From an uncultured Thermodesulfobacteriota bacterium (GTDB taxonomy: Bacteria > Desulfobacterota > DSWW01): 64,000 nt of DNA. The DNA lies in assembly GCA_964384945.1 (NCBI GenBank), contig CAYLMK010000005.1, forward strand, positions 99,549-163,548. The letters are read 5' to 3'. Of the stretch, positions 39,843-50,381 are shown in pieces. Position 1 is the stretch's first letter. Each line of letters begins with the position of its first letter. A program made the translations under genes and the position numbers. Under the pieces are notes generated by a model that did no database searches, was not told the DNA's origin, and saw only the letters and a program-made list of their open reading frames with translations.

Positions 39843-41044
39843 CTGGCCAGGGCGCCGGAGTCGGAGATCTCGTCAAGACCCCGGGAGCCCGCCACCAGCA
39901 TCGCCCCCAGGGCCAATCCCAGGTTGAGGAGCGTCAGGAGAACGAGGCAAACGACCCGAGCCCTGTCCGCGATGAGAGGGGCCGGAGCGCCTGGCTCCGC
40001 CGACGTCTCTCCGACGGTTCCCCATCGCCCGCTTCGTGCCCGCAGCCCGGCCTCTCGGGCCGCAGCCTTCGAGACAGGGCGCTCTCCAACGAGGCGGTCC
40101 GCAGCTTTGCCCAGCTCCTGTCGACACGATCCCCGGACCCAGAGCCCTTCCAGGGCCGCAGCCAGATCGGATGGGGCGGCGTATCTCTCTTCCGGGTCCT
40201 CGTCAAGGGCCCGGAGCAGGATCCGGTCGACAGCCTCCGGAAGCCCCGGCCGCATTCCGCTCGGTCTGATGAAACGACCGGTCGGCCCCCGAAGGGTGAG
40301 CAGGCTGTAAAGGATCGCGCCCACGCCGTAAATATCCGCCTGTCTCCCAAGGGGCCGGCAGGCCACGAACTCGGGACACCCGTAGCAGGAAGCCTCCTCC
40401 TCCAGACCCTCGAAGGGCCTGCGCAGAACCGCTCGCAGCATGGCCCGGATGCCGATGTGGGCCATTCTCGGAAAGAAGGGAATCGGGCCGTCGGGCCACG
40501 GGTCGAGATAGATCTCCAGGGGATGCAGGAATCCGTGAACCGCCGAATCCTGCACCCCCTCGAGGGCTCGGCACAGCAGCCAGGCAATGCCGAGGGCCTC
40601 CCGGTCCGTGAAGGGCTGATTCCTTCTTCTCCGATCGCGAAGGATTTCGGAAAGGGACTGCCCCCGGGGGGACTCTTCGACGAAGTAGAACAGGGCACTT
40701 GTCTCGCCCGCCCCGAGAAGGTTCAACAGGAACGGGCTCGAGAACCTGCCCAACTGTTCCGCATGGAATCTCAGTTGCGCGGATGCCTGGGGAAAATCCC
40801 GGAAGATGGCCCGTGGGAATGCGACCAGCAACACCGGCCTGTCTTCCTGCGGGTCAAAGGCCCTCGTCAGGCTGAAGACATTTTCCTGGCGCAGGGTGTT
40901 GAAAACCTGGTATCGTCCCCCCACGCACTGACCGAAGTGCAGGCGGGGCTCGCATGCCGTCGAGTTCAAGGAAACCCCCCTTGCGAAAGGGGACAAGCGA
41001 CAAACATATTTTATATTATAGAATAGATTTTGCACAGAAGACAA
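39779..41044 (-). CDS. Predicted pseudokinase (degenerate Ser/Thr protein kinase-like domain) with C-terminal transmembrane helix
   Basis: The kinase-like C-lobe is recognisable ('ADIYGVGAILYSLLT', 'RYAAPSDLAAALEGL'). The catalytic motifs are degenerate: 'HGFLHPLEIYLDP' replaces HRDLKPxN, there is no VAIK Lys and no DFG, and 'PEF' replaces APE. C-terminal TM 'VVCLVLLTLLNLGLALGAMLVAG'. The true start is probably downstream of the AT-rich 5' end. Confidence 0.45.
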   Translation of the reverse strand: MSSVQNLFYNIKYVCRLSPFARGVSLNSTACEPRLHFGQCVGGRYQVFNTLRQENVFSLTRAFDPQEDRPVLLVAFPRAIFRDFPQASAQLRFHAEQLGRFSSPFLLNLLGAGETSALFYFVEESPRGQSLSEILRDRRRRNQPFTDREALGIAWLLCRALEGVQDSAVHGFLHPLEIYLDPWPDGPIPFFPRMAHIGIRAMLRAVLRRPFEGLEEEASCYGCPEFVACRPLGRQADIYGVGAILYSLLTLRGPTGRFIRPSGMRPGLPEAVDRILLRALDEDPEERYAAPSDLAAALEGLWVRGSCRQELGKAADRLVGERPVSKAAAREAGLRARSGRWGTVGETSAEPGAPAPLIADRARVVCLVLLTLLNLGLALGAMLVAGSRGLDEISDSGALARWEALFSRTEPGGPAGAMRSG

Positions 41045-41191
41045 CCCCTCGGCGACCGCCCGCCGCCAAACGGTTCAGCGCGGCGGGGAAACCTGCCGAT
41101 GTCCCGGGTACCCGTAACCTTGCGCTCCCGGGAGGCATCGTAGACGATGACGCGGGCTTGCCGGGCACACAGACATCGGCGGAGGAACCGC

Positions 41192-41845
41192 ATGCGCGGA
41201 TGGACCCTGCTGTCGACCCTCGCGCTCCTGCTCTGCCTTCTCTTTCCATCGGGATCGTCACCGGCCGGCCCCGCCAAACCACAGGAGACGGTCGAAACGA
41301 GTCCCGCGCCGGGCTTCCGCGTCGAAGAGATCGAACAGAAAAGAACGGATCGGATCTCATGGCTGCGCGTGCAGGTTGCGGCGGACACCGGTGTGGCGGA
41401 GACATGGACCGCCCTGCAGGCCGTCGAAGAATGGGGCAAGTTCCTTCGGATCTTCTCGGATGTCGCGGTGTTGGAAAGGTGGGGAGCCATGACCCGATAC
41501 CGGTTTTCGGTCTCTCCCCCTTGGCCCATCGGGAATTTCGATTCCCTGATTTGGATTTCGGTTCTGCCCGAGCAACGCCTGATGCTCTGGAGGTCGAACC
41601 GAGACGACCTGACAAGGAGCCATGGAAGGATCGAGGTGCGGGAAATGCCGGAGGGCACGGGAACCCGGGTCAGCTACGAGATGCACTCCCCCGCCCAGGG
41701 CGCGTTTCCGCCCTGGGTGGTGCGCATCGGTCTCTATCTGGTGCTCCCCGGCGTTGCGCAGGACTTCCTCGACCGCATTCACGGCCAGGACGATCAAGAG
41801 GGATCCTTCCCCGGGTCCTCAGGGGTTCAGGACGTCCACCGATAG
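41192..41845 (+). CDS. Secreted SRPBCC (START/Bet v1-like, polyketide-cyclase-like) domain protein
   Basis: Signal peptide '[28 protein letters not shown]'. The rest has the layout of a lipid/ligand-binding SRPBCC fold ('RISWLRVQV...[13 protein letters not shown]'). Confidence 0.4.
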   Translation: MRGWTLLSTLALLLCLLFPSGSSPAGPAKPQETVETSPAPGFRVEEIEQKRTDRISWLRVQVAADTGVAETWTALQAVEEWGKFLRIFSDVAVLERWGAMTRYRFSVSPPWPIGNFDSLIWISVLPEQRLMLWRSNRDDLTRSHGRIEVREMPEGTGTRVSYEMHSPAQGAFPPWVVRIGLYLVLPGVAQDFLDRIHGQDDQEGSFPGSSGVQDVHR

Positions 41846-42484
41846 GATCAGGATGTCCTCGACCGGCACGTCGCGGTGAGGGCCCTTGGTTCCGGTCGGG
41901 GCCTTCTCGATCTTCCGCACCACGTCCATGCCATCGACCACCTTGCCGAAGACAGCGTACCCGAATCCCTGGGGCGAGGCGTCCCGATGGTCCAGGAAGT
42001 CGTTGTCCTTGCAGTTGATGAAGAACTGACTCGTTGCGCTGTCCACCACGGAGGTCCTGGCCATCGCGATCGTGCCGGTCTTGTTTTTCAGGCCGTTGGC
42101 CGCCTCGTTTCGAATCGGGCTTCGGGTCGGCTTCTGTTTCATTCCGGGCTCCATCCCGCCCCCTTGAACCATGAAACCGGGAATCACGCGATGGAAGAGG
42201 GTACCCTTGTAGAACCCCTCGTTCGCGTATTGGAGAAAGTTGGCCACCGTGGCAGGCGCCCGCTTCCGGTCGAGTTCCAGGACGATCTGTCCCATGGAGG
42301 TCTTCAGGGCCACCCGCGGGCTGTCGCTCTCCGTTTCCTTCTGCCCTGCGGCGTCACCCGACGGCTGCGAGGGGTCTTTCGGTTCCAGGCCCTTGGCGGC
42401 CGGCGCAAAGGCAAAGCAAACGAACAGGAAGGTCAACAGAACGGTCGAAATGCCGCACGTCATCTTTTCCCCTTTCGAGCCCAT
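41819..42484 (-). CDS. ppiA: Peptidyl-prolyl cis-trans isomerase, cyclophilin type (periplasmic)
   Basis: Signal peptide, then '[14 protein letters not shown]', 'GTIAMAR' and 'SQFFIN' cyclophilin motifs. Confidence 0.9.
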   Translation of the reverse strand: MGSKGEKMTCGISTVLLTFLFVCFAFAPAAKGLEPKDPSQPSGDAAGQKETESDSPRVALKTSMGQIVLELDRKRAPATVANFLQYANEGFYKGTLFHRVIPGFMVQGGGMEPGMKQKPTRSPIRNEAANGLKNKTGTIAMARTSVVDSATSQFFINCKDNDFLDHRDASPQGFGYAVFGKVVDGMDVVRKIEKAPTGTKGPHRDVPVEDILILSVDVLNP

Positions 42485-42722
42485 CGACTCCGCTCCCTTT
42501 TTTCCGCTTCCTTTCCGGTCAACCTCTTGAACGTCCCGAGCCCACCATGGTGGAGCGTCCTCGGGCGATTGTCAACCCGCCGGTTCGAAACGGCATCGGC
42601 CTTTCATTGATTTCCTGCCCCCCATTCGCTAGTGTCGATACCGGCGGCCCCGGTTTCGGGCAAGCCTGACGATCCGGGGCGGGCCCCAAGATTCGGGATG
42701 CTCGACCCGGGGAGGTCCCTGG

Positions 42723-43025
42723 ATGGGGGAGGGAAATGGAATGCGGAAAGACGGCGACCATGTGGTGGTGACGGTCGTGGGCACGGACAAGGTCGGGATC
42801 GTCGCCAAGATCAGCGGGCTCCTTGCCAGGCACAATGTCAACATCATCGATATCTCACAGACCCTCATGGGGGACCTCTTCACGATGATCATGCTCGTGG
42901 ACCTGGCGGAAGCGAGCCTCAGTCTCGATACCCTGCGCAGGAAACTGGAGGCCCTGAGCAGGCGAATCGGCCTCCAGATCATCGTGCAACACGAGCGCAT
43001 CTTCCGGTTCATGCACAGGATCTGA
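42723..43025 (+). CDS. ACT domain protein (UPF0237 family)
   Basis: 'VVVTVVGTDKVGIVAKISGLLARHNVNIIDISQTLM' is an ACT fold. It is conserved as a partner of the adjacent UPF0210 gene, which starts 4 nt downstream. Confidence 0.8.
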   Translation: MGEGNGMRKDGDHVVVTVVGTDKVGIVAKISGLLARHNVNIIDISQTLMGDLFTMIMLVDLAEASLSLDTLRRKLEALSRRIGLQIIVQHERIFRFMHRI

Positions 43026-43028
43026 GCG

Positions 43029-44390
43029 ATGGGCTTCGAAACAGAAGAAATCATCGAAACCATACGGATGATCGAATCCGAACATCTGGACATCCGGACC
43101 GTCACCCTGGCCGTGGATGTTCAGGACTGTGCCCACTGCGATCCGAGAACGGTCGGCAGAAAGCTGCGCAAGAAGCTTCTCCGCCTCGGAAGAGACCTCG
43201 TCTCCGCAGTGCAAGGGGTCGAGTCACGGTTCGGAATCCCGGTGATCAACAAACGGATCTCCGTGACCCCCGTCTCCAGGGTTCTCCTGGCGGAGAGGCC
43301 GCAGGATTTTCTGCATGTGGCCAGGGCCCTGGACGACATCGCCCGGACGCTGGCCGTAGACTTCATCGGAGGCTTCTCCGCCATGGTCCACAAGGAGGCC
43401 ACTCCGATCGATCTCGGCCTGATCCGCTCGATTCCGGAGGCAATCGGGAACACACGCAGACTGTGTTCCGCGGTCAACGTGGCGACGACCCGGGCAGGCA
43501 TCAACATGGATGCAGTACTCCTCATGGGCGGCGTGATCCGGGACCTCGCCTACCGGACCCGGAAGCGCCAGTCGATCGGAGCCGCCAAGCTCGTCACCTT
43601 TGCCAACATCCCGGAAGACAACCCCTTCATGGCCGGGGCGACCGTGGGCTGGGGGGAAGGCGAAGCGACGATCAACGTGGGCGTCTCCGGCCCGGGGGTC
43701 ATCCGTTCCGTGGTTGCCAAGAGGAAGGGGGCCGGCCTGGGCGAGCTGGCCGAAGAGATCAAGAAGACCGCCTTCAAGATCACCCGGATGGGAGAACTCA
43801 TCGGCCAGGAGGTCTCCAAGGCCCTCGGCGTGCGGTTCGGCATCGTCGACCTTTCGCTTGCGCCCACCCCTCTCGTGGGCGACAGCATCGCCAACATCCT
43901 GGAGGAAATGGGCCTGGCGTCCTGCGGCGCCCCCGGCTCGACGGCGGCCCTGGCCCTGCTCGTCGATGCGGTCAAGAAGGGGGGCGCCTTTGCCTCTTCG
44001 CGCGTAGGAGGGCTTTCCGGCGCCTTCATCCCGTATTCGGAAGACGCGGGCATGGTGGCCGCAGTCGAGCGCGGGTCGCTCACCCTGGAGAAGCTCGAGG
44101 CCATGACCTCGGTCTGCTCCGTGGGCCTGGACATGGTGCTGCTGCCCGGGGACACCCCGGCGGAGACCCTGGCCGGGATCATCGCGGACGAGTGCGCGAT
44201 CGGGATTGTCAACAACAAGACCACGGGGTGCCGGCTGATCCCGGTCTGGGGGGCGGCTGCGGGCACCCGTGTCGACTTCGGGGGCCTCCTCGGTCGCGGA
44301 ACGGTGATGGAGGTCAGCCGCTTTTCGTCCGCAGGGTTCATCCGGCGTGGAGGCCTCATCCCGGCGCCTCTGTCCGCCTTGACGAACTGA
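43029..44390 (+). CDS. UPF0210 (DUF711) family protein
   Basis: 453 aa. The N-terminus '[20 protein letters not shown]' is the UPF0210 hallmark. It is tightly coupled to the upstream ACT gene. Confidence 0.8.
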   Translation: MGFETEEIIETIRMIESEHLDIRTVTLAVDVQDCAHCDPRTVGRKLRKKLLRLGRDLVSAVQGVESRFGIPVINKRISVTPVSRVLLAERPQDFLHVARALDDIARTLAVDFIGGFSAMVHKEATPIDLGLIRSIPEAIGNTRRLCSAVNVATTRAGINMDAVLLMGGVIRDLAYRTRKRQSIGAAKLVTFANIPEDNPFMAGATVGWGEGEATINVGVSGPGVIRSVVAKRKGAGLGELAEEIKKTAFKITRMGELIGQEVSKALGVRFGIVDLSLAPTPLVGDSIANILEEMGLASCGAPGSTAALALLVDAVKKGGAFASSRVGGLSGAFIPYSEDAGMVAAVERGSLTLEKLEAMTSVCSVGLDMVLLPGDTPAETLAGIIADECAIGIVNNKTTGCRLIPVWGAAAGTRVDFGGLLGRGTVMEVSRFSSAGFIRRGGLIPAPLSALTN

Positions 44391-44488
44391 TCTGCGGCCA
44401 CGGCCCGACGATCCGGAGCCCGAAAAGCGGGTTTGACGCCGGCCTGCGTATGAACCTATACTGATCGAGGAAGTTCAAGGCCGGCCCA

Positions 44489-45772
44489 ATGACCTGGCAG
44501 GGAACGATGCAGAAACGCCACTCCAGCGCCCCTCTCGGGAGGATTGCCGTGCGCCTTCTCCGTATCGGGCTTTTCCCCGGATTCTTCGGGGGCTTGTTCT
44601 GCCTGCTCCCTGCCCTGCTGGTCGGCTGCGGGGACTACTGTCTCTTCGACTGCAACGGAGAAGGAGGCGGAGGAGGAGGGGGCGGCTCGGCGCGTACCGC
44701 CGAGCCCGGCGATGTGATCCTCGCGGGCCAGTTCGTCAATACCATCTTCCTCTACGAATTTCCGGCCGCGCAAAGAAGATCCCTTCTCTCCGGATATGGA
44801 AACGTTTCCGGACTGGCTCTCTATTCCAATAAGGCGGAGAATACCTGCGACAGGCCCTTCTCCGGACTTGCGGAATACCAGGGCGGGGGTGCCCAACTGG
44901 CCGTGATCGACATCTTTCCGCAGCAGGTCGATGAACCGGACCGGCTGTCCCTTGCCGTCATTCCCAAGGGAATGACCTTTTCGTACGGTACGGACCCATC
45001 CGATCCCGATCCCGGCACCACAACCCTGCTGTTCTTCACGGTCGACACGCAGAACAGGCTCTATCTTTACGACATCACCGGAACCACGGTCCCGGACGGA
45101 TTCGAAAACCCTTATCCGATCACGAATCAAGATCTGCTGCCTCTGTTCGGGTCTTCCGATTTTTTCGCCTCGCCCACGGACCTCGCCGTGCACGTGAGCC
45201 AAAATACGGCCGCCCTGTTCGTCCTCAACGACAACGGGGCCTCCAGCAGCGTGCGGAGGCTCTCCATCAACCTGTCGACCTGGTTGCCGAACTCGCCCAG
45301 GACGATCGCCACGATGACCGAGCCGGGCTGGCGTCTGGTCGATATGGCCTATTACGCACAAGGCGACAAGCTTTTCGTGAGCATGAAGAGCGAGGGTCAA
45401 GACCTGCTAGGCGGCAGGGTCTTTTCGATTCCCAATGCGACGACCCGCACATCTCCGGTGACCCTGACTTCGGAATTCGCTTCGGCCTTCATCGCGCAGG
45501 ACTATGAGATCACCGGCCTGGCGGTCGCACCGACGGACGATCAACCCGGCCCGGCGGACCTGCTCTCCCTCCGGTCGAATCAACTCGGCCAGGTGGAACA
45601 GTTCGACATCAACCTGGGCGGAAATCCGGTTGCCCAATTCAGCGTGAGCTTCGCCTTTGAGTTTCCTCAGGCCCTTGCGTACGACTGCACGCATCGGAGG
45701 CTCCTGATGACGGACGTGCCGGCCAACAACGATCTCGAACGCACCTTCTTCCAGGCCGCGCCGGTGCCGTGA
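44489..45772 (+). CDS. Hypothetical lipoprotein, probable beta-propeller/beta-rich fold
   Basis: Lipobox 'LLVGCGD' followed by a poly-Gly linker 'GEGGGGGGGGS'. Beta-rich repeats follow. No family recognised. Confidence 0.4.
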   Translation: MTWQGTMQKRHSSAPLGRIAVRLLRIGLFPGFFGGLFCLLPALLVGCGDYCLFDCNGEGGGGGGGGSARTAEPGDVILAGQFVNTIFLYEFPAAQRRSLLSGYGNVSGLALYSNKAENTCDRPFSGLAEYQGGGAQLAVIDIFPQQVDEPDRLSLAVIPKGMTFSYGTDPSDPDPGTTTLLFFTVDTQNRLYLYDITGTTVPDGFENPYPITNQDLLPLFGSSDFFASPTDLAVHVSQNTAALFVLNDNGASSSVRRLSINLSTWLPNSPRTIATMTEPGWRLVDMAYYAQGDKLFVSMKSEGQDLLGGRVFSIPNATTRTSPVTLTSEFASAFIAQDYEITGLAVAPTDDQPGPADLLSLRSNQLGQVEQFDINLGGNPVAQFSVSFAFEFPQALAYDCTHRRLLMTDVPANNDLERTFFQAAPVP

Positions 45773-45800
45773 GCCTCGGGGTGCAAGTTCCTGCCCGGCT

Positions 45801-48104
45801 TTACGGCCTTCTCCTTCGAACCGGCTTCATGGTCATCAGGAGGACCGGAAGCAGCACCAGGTCTCCGGCCAGGGCGCTCACCATGGTCACGGCCATGAGG
45901 GAGCCGAAGTAGATGATCGGCTTGAAATGCGAGAAAACGAGAACGCAGAAGCCGACCGTGAGGATCCAGGAGGTGAGGAACATGGCCCGGCCCGTGGAGA
46001 CGAGGCTTCGAAACGCGGCCGTCACCTCGTCGGTCTCGGTCTCGTACTCCCTGCGAAAGCGCGCCAGGTAGTGAATGGTGTCATCCACGGCGATCCCGAT
46101 GGCCACGCAGGAAATGACGGCCGTAGCGGTGTTGATCGGGATGCCCAGCCATCCCATGAACCCAAGGGTCGTCAGGATCGGGATCAGATTCGGGATCAGG
46201 CTCAGCAGGCCCAGCCGAACGGATCTCGAAAGGGCCATCAGAACCAGGGAGATGAGCCCCAGGGCAAGGGCCAGGCTCTGAATCTGCCCCCTGACGATGG
46301 CATCGATCGATTTGGTGACGAGCACCGAGACCCCGGTTACCTGAATCCCGAGACCCCGGTGCTCCCTTCGAATGTGCTCCTTCACCTCCCGGAGGAACCG
46401 GTCCATCCGGGCCGAACTGACGGTCTTCAGTCGGGACGCGAGGACCGTGGTCCGGTAGTCGTCACTCACATAGCGGGCCAGGTCCTCTTCCTCCCCGCTC
46501 AGGGAGTAAAGCAGCAGATACTGGGCGATCTCCTCCCTGCTCGCGGGCAGACGGTGGTCGGCCGGATCGCCTCCCCGGAAGACCTGATGCATCCATTTCA
46601 GAATGTTCACGAGCGAGAAACTGTCGGTCACGATCGATTGCCCTTCCAGGTAGGTCTGCAGGGCCTCGACACGAGCCAGGTTCTCCGGCTCCTTGACCCG
46701 GTCTTGCCCTTCGAAAGAAAAGACCACGTCCAGGGTGGACGTGCCGGTCAGGTGGGTTTCGATATGGCGGACGGCCTTCACCAGGGGGTTCGCCTCCTTG
46801 AGGTACTCGATCAGGGTGGTCTCGACATTCAGCCGAAAGATCCCGATGACGGACAGGACAACCAGCACGAGGGTTGCAACGAGGACATGGCGCCCGTGGG
46901 ATTCGTTGAACCCGCCGAGACAAGCCAGGGCCCTCTCCACGGCGGGCGTGCCCCTGCGCGCCGGCCGGAGGAAGGCCCGGGCCGGCAGCAGGGAAAGGAG
47001 GATCGGCACCAGCGTAATCGAAATGACAAAGGCCGCCAGCGCGCCGAAGGAGGCCAGCAGACCGAGGCTCCAAATGCCCTCGACGCGGCTTACCATGAGA
47101 GAACCGAACCCGATGGCCGTGGTCAGGCTGGTGAGGAAACAAGGCGTTAGGACATAGGAGGTCGCATTCCGAACGGCCTCGTCCCTGTCGGCGCTCCTTG
47201 CCCGTTCCTCCCGGTAATGCTCCAGTATGTGAATCGAGTCGGCCAAGGCGATGACCAGGATGAGCGGAGGCAGGACGTTCGTGATGATCTCCACGGTCCT
47301 GCCGCACAGAACAAGGAAGCCCAGAACCCAGACCAGGCTGGCGAGCACGGCCAGCATCGGAACCAGGACGCACCAGACCGACCGAAAGGAGACATAGAGC
47401 GTGACCACGATCAGCAGTGCGATCGCCGGCACGAAGATCCACTGGTCTTCGACCAGCATCGTGACCAGGGTCGTCGAGACAACGGGGAACCCGGCTACAT
47501 ACAGCTCATGGCCTTCGGCCTGCTCCCGGGCGACAAGGGCGAGGATGCTTCGGACGACGCGCTTCCTCTCTTCGGGGAAGCCGTCCTTGCTGAGGTTCAG
47601 CTCCGCCAGGAGCAGCGTGGAACGATCGTCGAGCGAGACGAGGTTGCCGTGGACCAGGGGGTTCGCGTGCACCCGGGCCCGGATCCTCTCGAGTTCGGAG
47701 ACGGTCTTCGGCGGATCGTAAAAGAAGGGAGCGATCTCGATTCCGTCCGGGCCGCCGCGGATGTCGTTCACACTCGAGAGGCTGAGCACCCTGCGAACGT
47801 TCTCATCCCCCTGGATTCGTTCGGTGAGACGCTCCACCGCGGCCAGGGCCTCGTAGGAGAATACGTCCTCGCAAAACAGGGCGATCAGCACGATTTCGTC
47901 CGTACCGAAGGCCTCGACATAGCGGGCGTAGGCGAGGGTGTCCGGGTCGCCCGCCACCACCATGCCCTCCGGGGAGATCCGGAAGACGATCCGCGGTATC
48001 TGGAGTGCAAAAAGCAAGGTGAGCGCGACCAGCGCAGCCAGGATCGACCAGCGCCGGTTCAGCATCGCCTCGGCGATCCGGCGGCTTGCAGGATGAACCG
48101 GCAT
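45801..48104 (-). CDS. RND-superfamily exporter, MMPL family (HpnN-like)
   Basis: 767 aa. Two 6-TM bundles, each preceded by a large periplasmic loop. SSD/MMPL motifs ('ALADSIHILEHY', 'GIAVDDTIHYLARF'). Confidence 0.85.
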   Translation of the reverse strand: MPVHPASRRIAEAMLNRRWSILAALVALTLLFALQIPRIVFRISPEGMVVAGDPDTLAYARYVEAFGTDEIVLIALFCEDVFSYEALAAVERLTERIQGDENVRRVLSLSSVNDIRGGPDGIEIAPFFYDPPKTVSELERIRARVHANPLVHGNLVSLDDRSTLLLAELNLSKDGFPEERKRVVRSILALVAREQAEGHELYVAGFPVVSTTLVTMLVEDQWIFVPAIALLIVVTLYVSFRSVWCVLVPMLAVLASLVWVLGFLVLCGRTVEIITNVLPPLILVIALADSIHILEHYREERARSADRDEAVRNATSYVLTPCFLTSLTTAIGFGSLMVSRVEGIWSLGLLASFGALAAFVISITLVPILLSLLPARAFLRPARRGTPAVERALACLGGFNESHGRHVLVATLVLVVLSVIGIFRLNVETTLIEYLKEANPLVKAVRHIETHLTGTSTLDVVFSFEGQDRVKEPENLARVEALQTYLEGQSIVTDSFSLVNILKWMHQVFRGGDPADHRLPASREEIAQYLLLYSLSGEEEDLARYVSDDYRTTVLASRLKTVSSARMDRFLREVKEHIRREHRGLGIQVTGVSVLVTKSIDAIVRGQIQSLALALGLISLVLMALSRSVRLGLLSLIPNLIPILTTLGFMGWLGIPINTATAVISCVAIGIAVDDTIHYLARFRREYETETDEVTAAFRSLVSTGRAMFLTSWILTVGFCVLVFSHFKPIIYFGSLMAVTMVSALAGDLVLLPVLLMTMKPVRRRRP

Positions 48105-49054
48105 CCGGCCCCCTTTCCTCACGGCTCCGTTCGGCCTGATCGCGGCGGTCGGGCTCTTGCGCCCGTGGGCAGTTCCCGAGTATCCGGGCCCGCACCCACC
48201 CTGTCAACCGCGCACTTGGATGCTTTCGGGGAGCGGAGCATGGGGTCGACTTCGAAGACCTCTGGGGTCAGGGCCGCCCAATTCCTTGAGAACCGCTTCG
48301 ATGGATAACCATCGCAGCGAACGTAGTGCCGCCCTCTAATCTCCCGCCGATTCGATGGGTTTCACGAGGATTTCCAGGATACAGCCGAGTAAATGATGCG
48401 GATCTTCCCGCAGCATCGCAGGATGTCCGGCCCCTCGCCGATACCCAGGTCGACGATCCGCACCAACCCCCGCTCCCAGGGTTTCAAGCAGGCATCCGCA
48501 AAACGAAAAGGATGGATGCAGCTTCTGCTGTGCATGCCGTGAAGTGTCGGAAAAGGACCCTGCCACCGTCTCTTCGCAAGTTGCAGAGTCGATGGTTCCT
48601 CTCGAGTGCATTCAGGCTTTGTGTCTGCTACACTTCTTCCCAGCCCAACGCAATGCAGAGCATCGCCTCGCCGAGCCAGCCCTGCGGGACAAAGGCTGCA
48701 TCCAGTTTGACATGGCGGCCCGGCCCTCCATCGACAACCGTATGAGCAGGGCGATCTCCGGGCGGGAACGGACGGGCCTCCTCAAGATGGGCGAGGAAGA
48801 GGCCCCGGTGCAGGGCCCGGCGAATGCGAAAAGAATCATCTACCATAACCGTATGCATGTGCAGCGCATGCTTGTTGTGAAGACCTCAAGACGCTCCAAA
48901 GGAACGATCGGCCGACCGCTGCGTCAGTGCCTATCCGGCCAAGATCGACCCGGAGAGCCGCGGGATGCGCGGGGATTGTGCGGACAGGTGCCGGATGGAT
49001 GGCATCCGGGAGAGGGCGATGAGGCCTATCAAGCGGATCAGGAAGGAGAAAGAG

Positions 49055-50053
49055 ATGACGGAGCCGGCAAATTGGAACCCGCAAACCCTCCTGGAGGTGT
49101 CCGGCAGTTACTGGCAGAGCTGCACGCTTCACGCCGCGGTCAAGCTCGATCTGTTCACCCGGATCGGCGACGAGGACCTTTCCTCCGACGAGATCGCGCG
49201 GCGCATCGGGGGAGACCGGCGCGGGGTCTCCATGCTCCTGAACGCCCTGGCAGCGATGGGACTGCTGGCAAAATCCGAGGAGAGGTACGCCGGCACGCCC
49301 GCGGCAAGGGCGTTTCTCTCGAGACACTCGGAGCAGTATCTGGGCCACATGATCATGCACCATCACCACCTGGTGGATTCCTGGGCAAAGCTGGATCAGG
49401 CCGTGCTTTCCGGAAAGCCTGTGCGGGGGAAATCTTCGGAGGCCCCCCAGGAGTTCATCGAGAGCTTTCTCATGGGGATGCACACGCTGGCCAGGTTCCT
49501 GGCACCACGCGTGGCCTCCGCCCTCGACCTTTCCGGCCGCAAGAGGCTTCTCGACGTGGGCGGAGGCCCCGGGACGTACGCCGTTCATTTCTGTCGCAAG
49601 AACCCCGGGCTCAGGGCCACGGTCTTCGATCTGCCCACGACCCGGCCTTTCGCGGAAAGGCTCGCCCGGCAGTCCGGCTTGTCGGACCGGATCGACTTCG
49701 CGGCCGGAAACTGCCTGGAAGACCCCCTGCCCGAGGGCTGCGACGTCGCCTGGCTGTCGCAGCTCCTCCACGCCGAAGGTCCGGAAGGCTGCCGGCTGAT
49801 CCTCGAGAAGACGGTCTCCTGCCTGGAGCCGGGCGGGCTGATCGTGATCCACGAATTCCTGCTGAACGACCGACTCGACGGCCCCCTGTTTCCCGCGCTC
49901 TTCTCCCTGAACATGCTGGTGGGTACGCCCGGCGGGCAGGCATACTCCGAGCGTGAGATCCGCGACATGCTCGCCCGTGCAGGCGTCCGACAGGTCCGTC
50001 GTCTGCCTTTCCGAGGCCCCAACGACTCCGGAATTCTGGCAGGGACCACTTGA
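49055..50053 (+). CDS. SAM-dependent O-methyltransferase (family 2, with N-terminal dimerisation domain)
   Basis: 'LLDVGGGPGTYAV' (motif I) and 'IVIHEFLLND'. N-terminal winged-helix dimerisation region. A strong RBS (AGGAAGGAGAAAGAG) precedes the ATG. Confidence 0.85.
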   Translation: MTEPANWNPQTLLEVSGSYWQSCTLHAAVKLDLFTRIGDEDLSSDEIARRIGGDRRGVSMLLNALAAMGLLAKSEERYAGTPAARAFLSRHSEQYLGHMIMHHHHLVDSWAKLDQAVLSGKPVRGKSSEAPQEFIESFLMGMHTLARFLAPRVASALDLSGRKRLLDVGGGPGTYAVHFCRKNPGLRATVFDLPTTRPFAERLARQSGLSDRIDFAAGNCLEDPLPEGCDVAWLSQLLHAEGPEGCRLILEKTVSCLEPGGLIVIHEFLLNDRLDGPLFPALFSLNMLVGTPGGQAYSEREIRDMLARAGVRQVRRLPFRGPNDSGILAGTT

Positions 50054-50381
50054 TTCGGGCCGCTCAACCCGACCGGGGGGAGCGTCTCCAACAGACGCAT
50101 GAGCGAACGTTCCCTCCGGCTGACGTCGCAGCTGGCCGGCCCGCTGCCCGGAAGGGCGAGGGGCCTGCCGCAGTCGCTCACTTTCGGCACCCAACCGGAG
50201 CCGGCCGGAGGCCTCGGAGCCCTGCGCACGCGTCCTCCCATGATTTTCCCAACCACGGCCATCGTCAGGGATTTCCGGACGGAGCCACGGCCTGCCGGGG
50301 CCTCATCTCCGCAGCCCATCATCCAGGCTCGACACGCAGTCACACCCGGGACGACCTCCGGCCCCGAGGTTAAAGTCCGCG

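Noticed and set aside
42560-42600. tRNA-like T-loop motif GGTTCGAAACGG
   Set aside because: No acceptor stem with a 3' CCA-compatible end and no D-arm or anticodon arm can be folded around it. It is an isolated motif in a 5' leader.
48628-48858. 76-aa minus ORF starting 'MHTVMVDDSFRIRRAL' (receiver-like)
   Set aside because: The receiver resemblance is lost after ~20 residues and there is no in-frame continuation. It is kept only as a remark within the intergenic-gap finding.
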